A stretch of 20,150 bases of DNA. It comes from an uncultured archaeon (GTDB lineage Archaea; Asgardarchaeota; Heimdallarchaeia; Heimdallarchaeales; Heimdallarchaeaceae). The translations under genes were made by a program, and so were the position numbers. Below, one piece after another: positions 17,346 to 20,150 of the stretch (position 1 is its first letter; each line of letters opens with the position of its first letter). The notes under the pieces were generated by a model that saw nothing but the letters and a program-made list of their open reading frames with translations, did no database searches and was not told where the DNA came from. The stretch is from positions 1 to 20,150 of the forward strand of contig CAZHRF010000048.1 of the NCBI GenBank assembly GCA_964534625.1, in the 5' to 3' direction.

Positions 17346-18614
17346 ATGGTAAATAATAGACATATCCAAATTAAGTCTATGATGATTCTTTCAATAACCC
17401 TTGTTTTTCTTGCTGGGTTTAAAGCTATGGTTGGCTTTTATGCTAAATCACCATCACTTCTTTCTGACGCTGTACAATCTAGTGGTGATCTGGTTGTTGC
17501 AATCGCTTCGTTTATCGGTTTGATGATAGCCACAAGACCACCGGATAAAAATTTCCCCTATGGCTACTATAAAATAGAAAATCTAATTACTTTCTTTATT
17601 AGTATCGGGTTGTTTATAACTGCAGGAAGTTTAATTATTCAAAGCATAAAACGTTTTACTGATCCGCAAGAGTTGAACTATCCTTTCTTGGCAATGACAG
17701 CCGCAGTATCATCGATTTTTATACAGTTAATTCTGGGATTGTATCTGATGAAAATAGCTAATGAAACAAATTCGCCTACAATAGAAGCAAATGGAAAAGA
17801 TAAACTCTCAGACACGATAATCTCAGCGTCGGTTTTCATCTCACTAATCTTGACCTATTTCAAAGTTCTTTACGCGGAATCAGTAGTAACAATTCTTGTG
17901 TCTTTACTTATAATACGAGTGGCATTTAGCATATTAAAAGATGCTCTCTATAGCATATTGGATGTAACAAACAAGACATTACAAGAAGAAGTAGGAGCGG
18001 TGATACAAAAAACAGAGGGAGTAAAAGGCTATTCCAAATTAAGACTAAGGAAAACAGGTGCATACTATATTGGCGACTGTGAAATAGTTGTTGAAGAGGC
18101 TATAGATGTAGGGAAAGCACATAAAATACTAGAAACAGTTATTGATAATGTAAAAGAATCATTTCCAGTCATAATTTCATTTGTGGTAGAGATAGAACCA
18201 ACAAAGAAGAAAGAACGAATAGTTGTTATACCTGTAGAAGAGTTTAAGGGGTTGGAAGGAACAAAAATTCATCAAGATCTTAAAAGTAGTCCTACATTGT
18301 TAATACTTAAAATAAATATGGAAAATAAAACTGTTTTAAAAAAAGATGAGATAAAAAACCCCTATTATGAAAAAACAGCTAAAGGATTATTTGACCTAGC
18401 AAAGTTGATAGAAAGAAGAAAGATAGATACGTTAATAGTAAAAGATGTAGGCGAAGTAGGATTCAATCAGATTAAAGCTGAAAAAGTTGAAATATTTCAG
18501 ACATGTACAGAGAAAGGACTATGTAAAGATCAAGATGTTGATAACATTCTAAACAAACTCTATGAAGGAACATTAATAGAATTAGAAGAACCTTCTCTTA
18601 AAAATTCTATTTAA
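17346..18614 (+). CDS. Cation diffusion facilitator (FieF-like) fused to a C-terminal NifB/NifX (Fe-Mo cofactor-binding-like) domain
   Basis: Six TM segments, SLLSDAVQSSGD, PPDKNFPYGYYKIE and a dimerisation domain (LRLRKTG…AHKI…IEP). The tail (KNPY…KIDTLIVKDVGEVGFNQIKAEKVEIF) resembles the NifX-like fold. Confidence 0.88.
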   Translation: MVNNRHIQIKSMMILSITLVFLAGFKAMVGFYAKSPSLLSDAVQSSGDLVVAIASFIGLMIATRPPDKNFPYGYYKIENLITFFISIGLFITAGSLIIQSIKRFTDPQELNYPFLAMTAAVSSIFIQLILGLYLMKIANETNSPTIEANGKDKLSDTIISASVFISLILTYFKVLYAESVVTILVSLLIIRVAFSILKDALYSILDVTNKTLQEEVGAVIQKTEGVKGYSKLRLRKTGAYYIGDCEIVVEEAIDVGKAHKILETVIDNVKESFPVIISFVVEIEPTKKKERIVVIPVEEFKGLEGTKIHQDLKSSPTLLILKINMENKTVLKKDEIKNPYYEKTAKGLFDLAKLIERRKIDTLIVKDVGEVGFNQIKAEKVEIFQTCTEKGLCKDQDVDNILNKLYEGTLIELEEPSLKNSI

Positions 18615-18661
18615 GTGAATAAAGAACGCTTCTACTTAAAAGAAGAAAATAGAACCTCTTA

Positions 18662-19189
18662 TTATTTTATTTTTAGTTTATCTACAAAAGTACTTCTTAT
18701 TTTGTTTATTTTTGGGGAAATGACTATTTTGCAATAAGGTTGATTTGAGTTATTAGCATAATAATCTTGATGATAAGTTTCTGCTTCATAAAAAGCGTCC
18801 AATTGTTTTACTTCAGTCATTATCGGTTTTTCCCAGATTTCTTTTTTAATTACTTCTTCAACAATTTCTTTTTGCTCTTCCGAAGTAAACAAAATTATAG
18901 ATCTATACTGTGAGCCTATATCTGCTCCTTGACGATTAAGTTGCGTTGGATCATGTATAGTGAAAAATATTTCCATCAATTGTCTGAGTGAGATTATTTC
19001 AGAGTCAAAAATTACTTTAATTACTTCTGCATGACCGGTTAAACCTGAGCAAACCTCTTCGTAAGTTGGATTAGCTGTTGTTCCACCTGCATAACCAGAG
19101 ATGACTTCTTTTACTCCTTTCAATTCTTTAAAGACTGCTTCTATGCACCAAAAACAGCCTCCACCTAATACTATGTACTCTTCTGTCAT
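18662..19189 (-). CDS. msrA: Peptide-methionine (S)-S-oxide reductase
   Basis: Motifs [33 protein letters not shown] and PYC. Confidence 0.97.
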   Translation of the reverse strand: MTEEYIVLGGGCFWCIEAVFKELKGVKEVISGYAGGTTANPTYEEVCSGLTGHAEVIKVIFDSEIISLRQLMEIFFTIHDPTQLNRQGADIGSQYRSIILFTSEEQKEIVEEVIKKEIWEKPIMTEVKQLDAFYEAETYHQDYYANNSNQPYCKIVISPKINKIRSTFVDKLKIK

Positions 19190-19406
19190 TTTAACACCAA
19201 ACTACTCTTCTCAATCTAATAGGAGTTAAAAAGTACTTAAATACTGGTATATTACAAAAGAAAGAGTATAAGTTATGATGTCATGTGATTAAAGACAAAA
19301 ATGAATGAAACGCTCGTTAAAGAACCAAAAAAAGATAGTAGGAGAGTTAAATCTTAAAGTAAAGAATGGTAAAATAAATAATAGTTTGTACTTTTTGATA
19401 TATTAT

Positions 19407-19778
19407 ATGCTATCAATCACACCAAGACATTCTACTATTAAAAAAATCATTACTTATATTTTGATCGTTTTTTTGGCTATTATTGGCTATCTGTTCTTGG
19501 TTGATTTATTACCAAAAGCTATGGAGTTGAATAAATTAGAGATGATATTGATAGGCATCGGTTTGGGAATAATAGTTATTTATGCCATTGTGGAGTTTGT
19601 ATTGATTTTGGTTTGTTTAAACAGAACAAAAAGAACTAAACCTAGAAATAAACCAAACTTTGTTGAAGATAACACAAACCCAGCTGTTTCATATTGCATT
19701 AAATGTAAGTCTGAATTTTCTAAGAGATATGCATTTTGTCCCAAATGTGGTAGTTGTAGAATTGTCACTTTAAAATAA
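19407..19778 (+). CDS. Two-TM membrane protein with C-terminal zinc ribbon
   Basis: Two hydrophobic helices are followed by YCIKCK…FCPKCGS. The start is uncertain (ATG 19305 or 19407). Confidence 0.65.
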   Translation: MLSITPRHSTIKKIITYILIVFLAIIGYLFLVDLLPKAMELNKLEMILIGIGLGIIVIYAIVEFVLILVCLNRTKRTKPRNKPNFVEDNTNPAVSYCIKCKSEFSKRYAFCPKCGSCRIVTLK

Positions 19779-19836
19779 ATAAATTAATTGGCAAAAAATT
19801 ATTAAACTCCCCCGTTCAAAATTATTTGGGTTCTCG

Positions 19837-20121
19837 ATGACAAGAAGAAAGGAGATTATCAAACTTTTAAAGAACAATCCGATGTCTATAACTGACCTTT
19901 CTGTTTTTTTTGGAGATAAAGTTTCGAACAAAGATATAGCAATAGATCTTGAACACATACGTAAAACCATAAAAAAGGAAGGTGAAAGAATTCTTCAACA
20001 ACCAGCACGCTGTCAAGATTGTGGATTTATGTTTACAGATAGAGATTCTTTTACTAAGCCATCAAAATGTCCAGAATGTAAAAATGAATGGATAGCTGAA
20101 GCTATTTACAAAATAGAATAA
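19837..20121 (+). CDS. Archaeal transcriptional regulator, HTH fused to Zn ribbon (COG3357-like)
   Basis: TRRKEIIKLL…DLEHIRKT…PARCQDCGF…KPSKCPECKNEWI matches the family pattern. Confidence 0.85.
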   Translation: MTRRKEIIKLLKNNPMSITDLSVFFGDKVSNKDIAIDLEHIRKTIKKEGERILQQPARCQDCGFMFTDRDSFTKPSKCPECKNEWIAEAIYKIE

Positions 20122-20150
20122 TTCATTGTTATTAATTTTGTTTTTCTTTT

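Noticed and set aside
1-20150. CRISPR array, defence system, prophage or intact transposase
   Set aside because: I saw no regularly spaced direct repeats and no nuclease, integrase, capsid or transposase motifs.

Overview
AT-rich (roughly 30% GC by eye), gene-dense window from an archaeon, inferred from TATA-like boxes about 25-35 bp upstream of starts, GGTGA-type Shine-Dalgarno motifs and a COG3357-type HTH/Zn-ribbon regulator. An Asgard/Heimdallarchaeia origin is plausible but unverified. The left half holds a coupled esterase and membrane-protein pair, a decayed patch (frameshifted S8 protease tail and a TPR remnant), and a possible peptide/amino-acid catabolism cluster (HExxH protease, M42 aminopeptidase, LarA-family racemase, class I/II aminotransferase). 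The middle has a GC-rich non-coding island, a Zn-finger hypothetical protein, a PAS histidine pseudokinase and a feoA-feoB-small Cys-rich ORF operon with a palindromic operator. The right half has three hypothetical proteins, a 105-bp TA-flanked MITE-like element, a CDF metal exporter fused to a NifB/NifX-like domain, msrA and two Zn-ribbon proteins. I recognised no rRNA, tRNA, CRISPR array or intact transposase.
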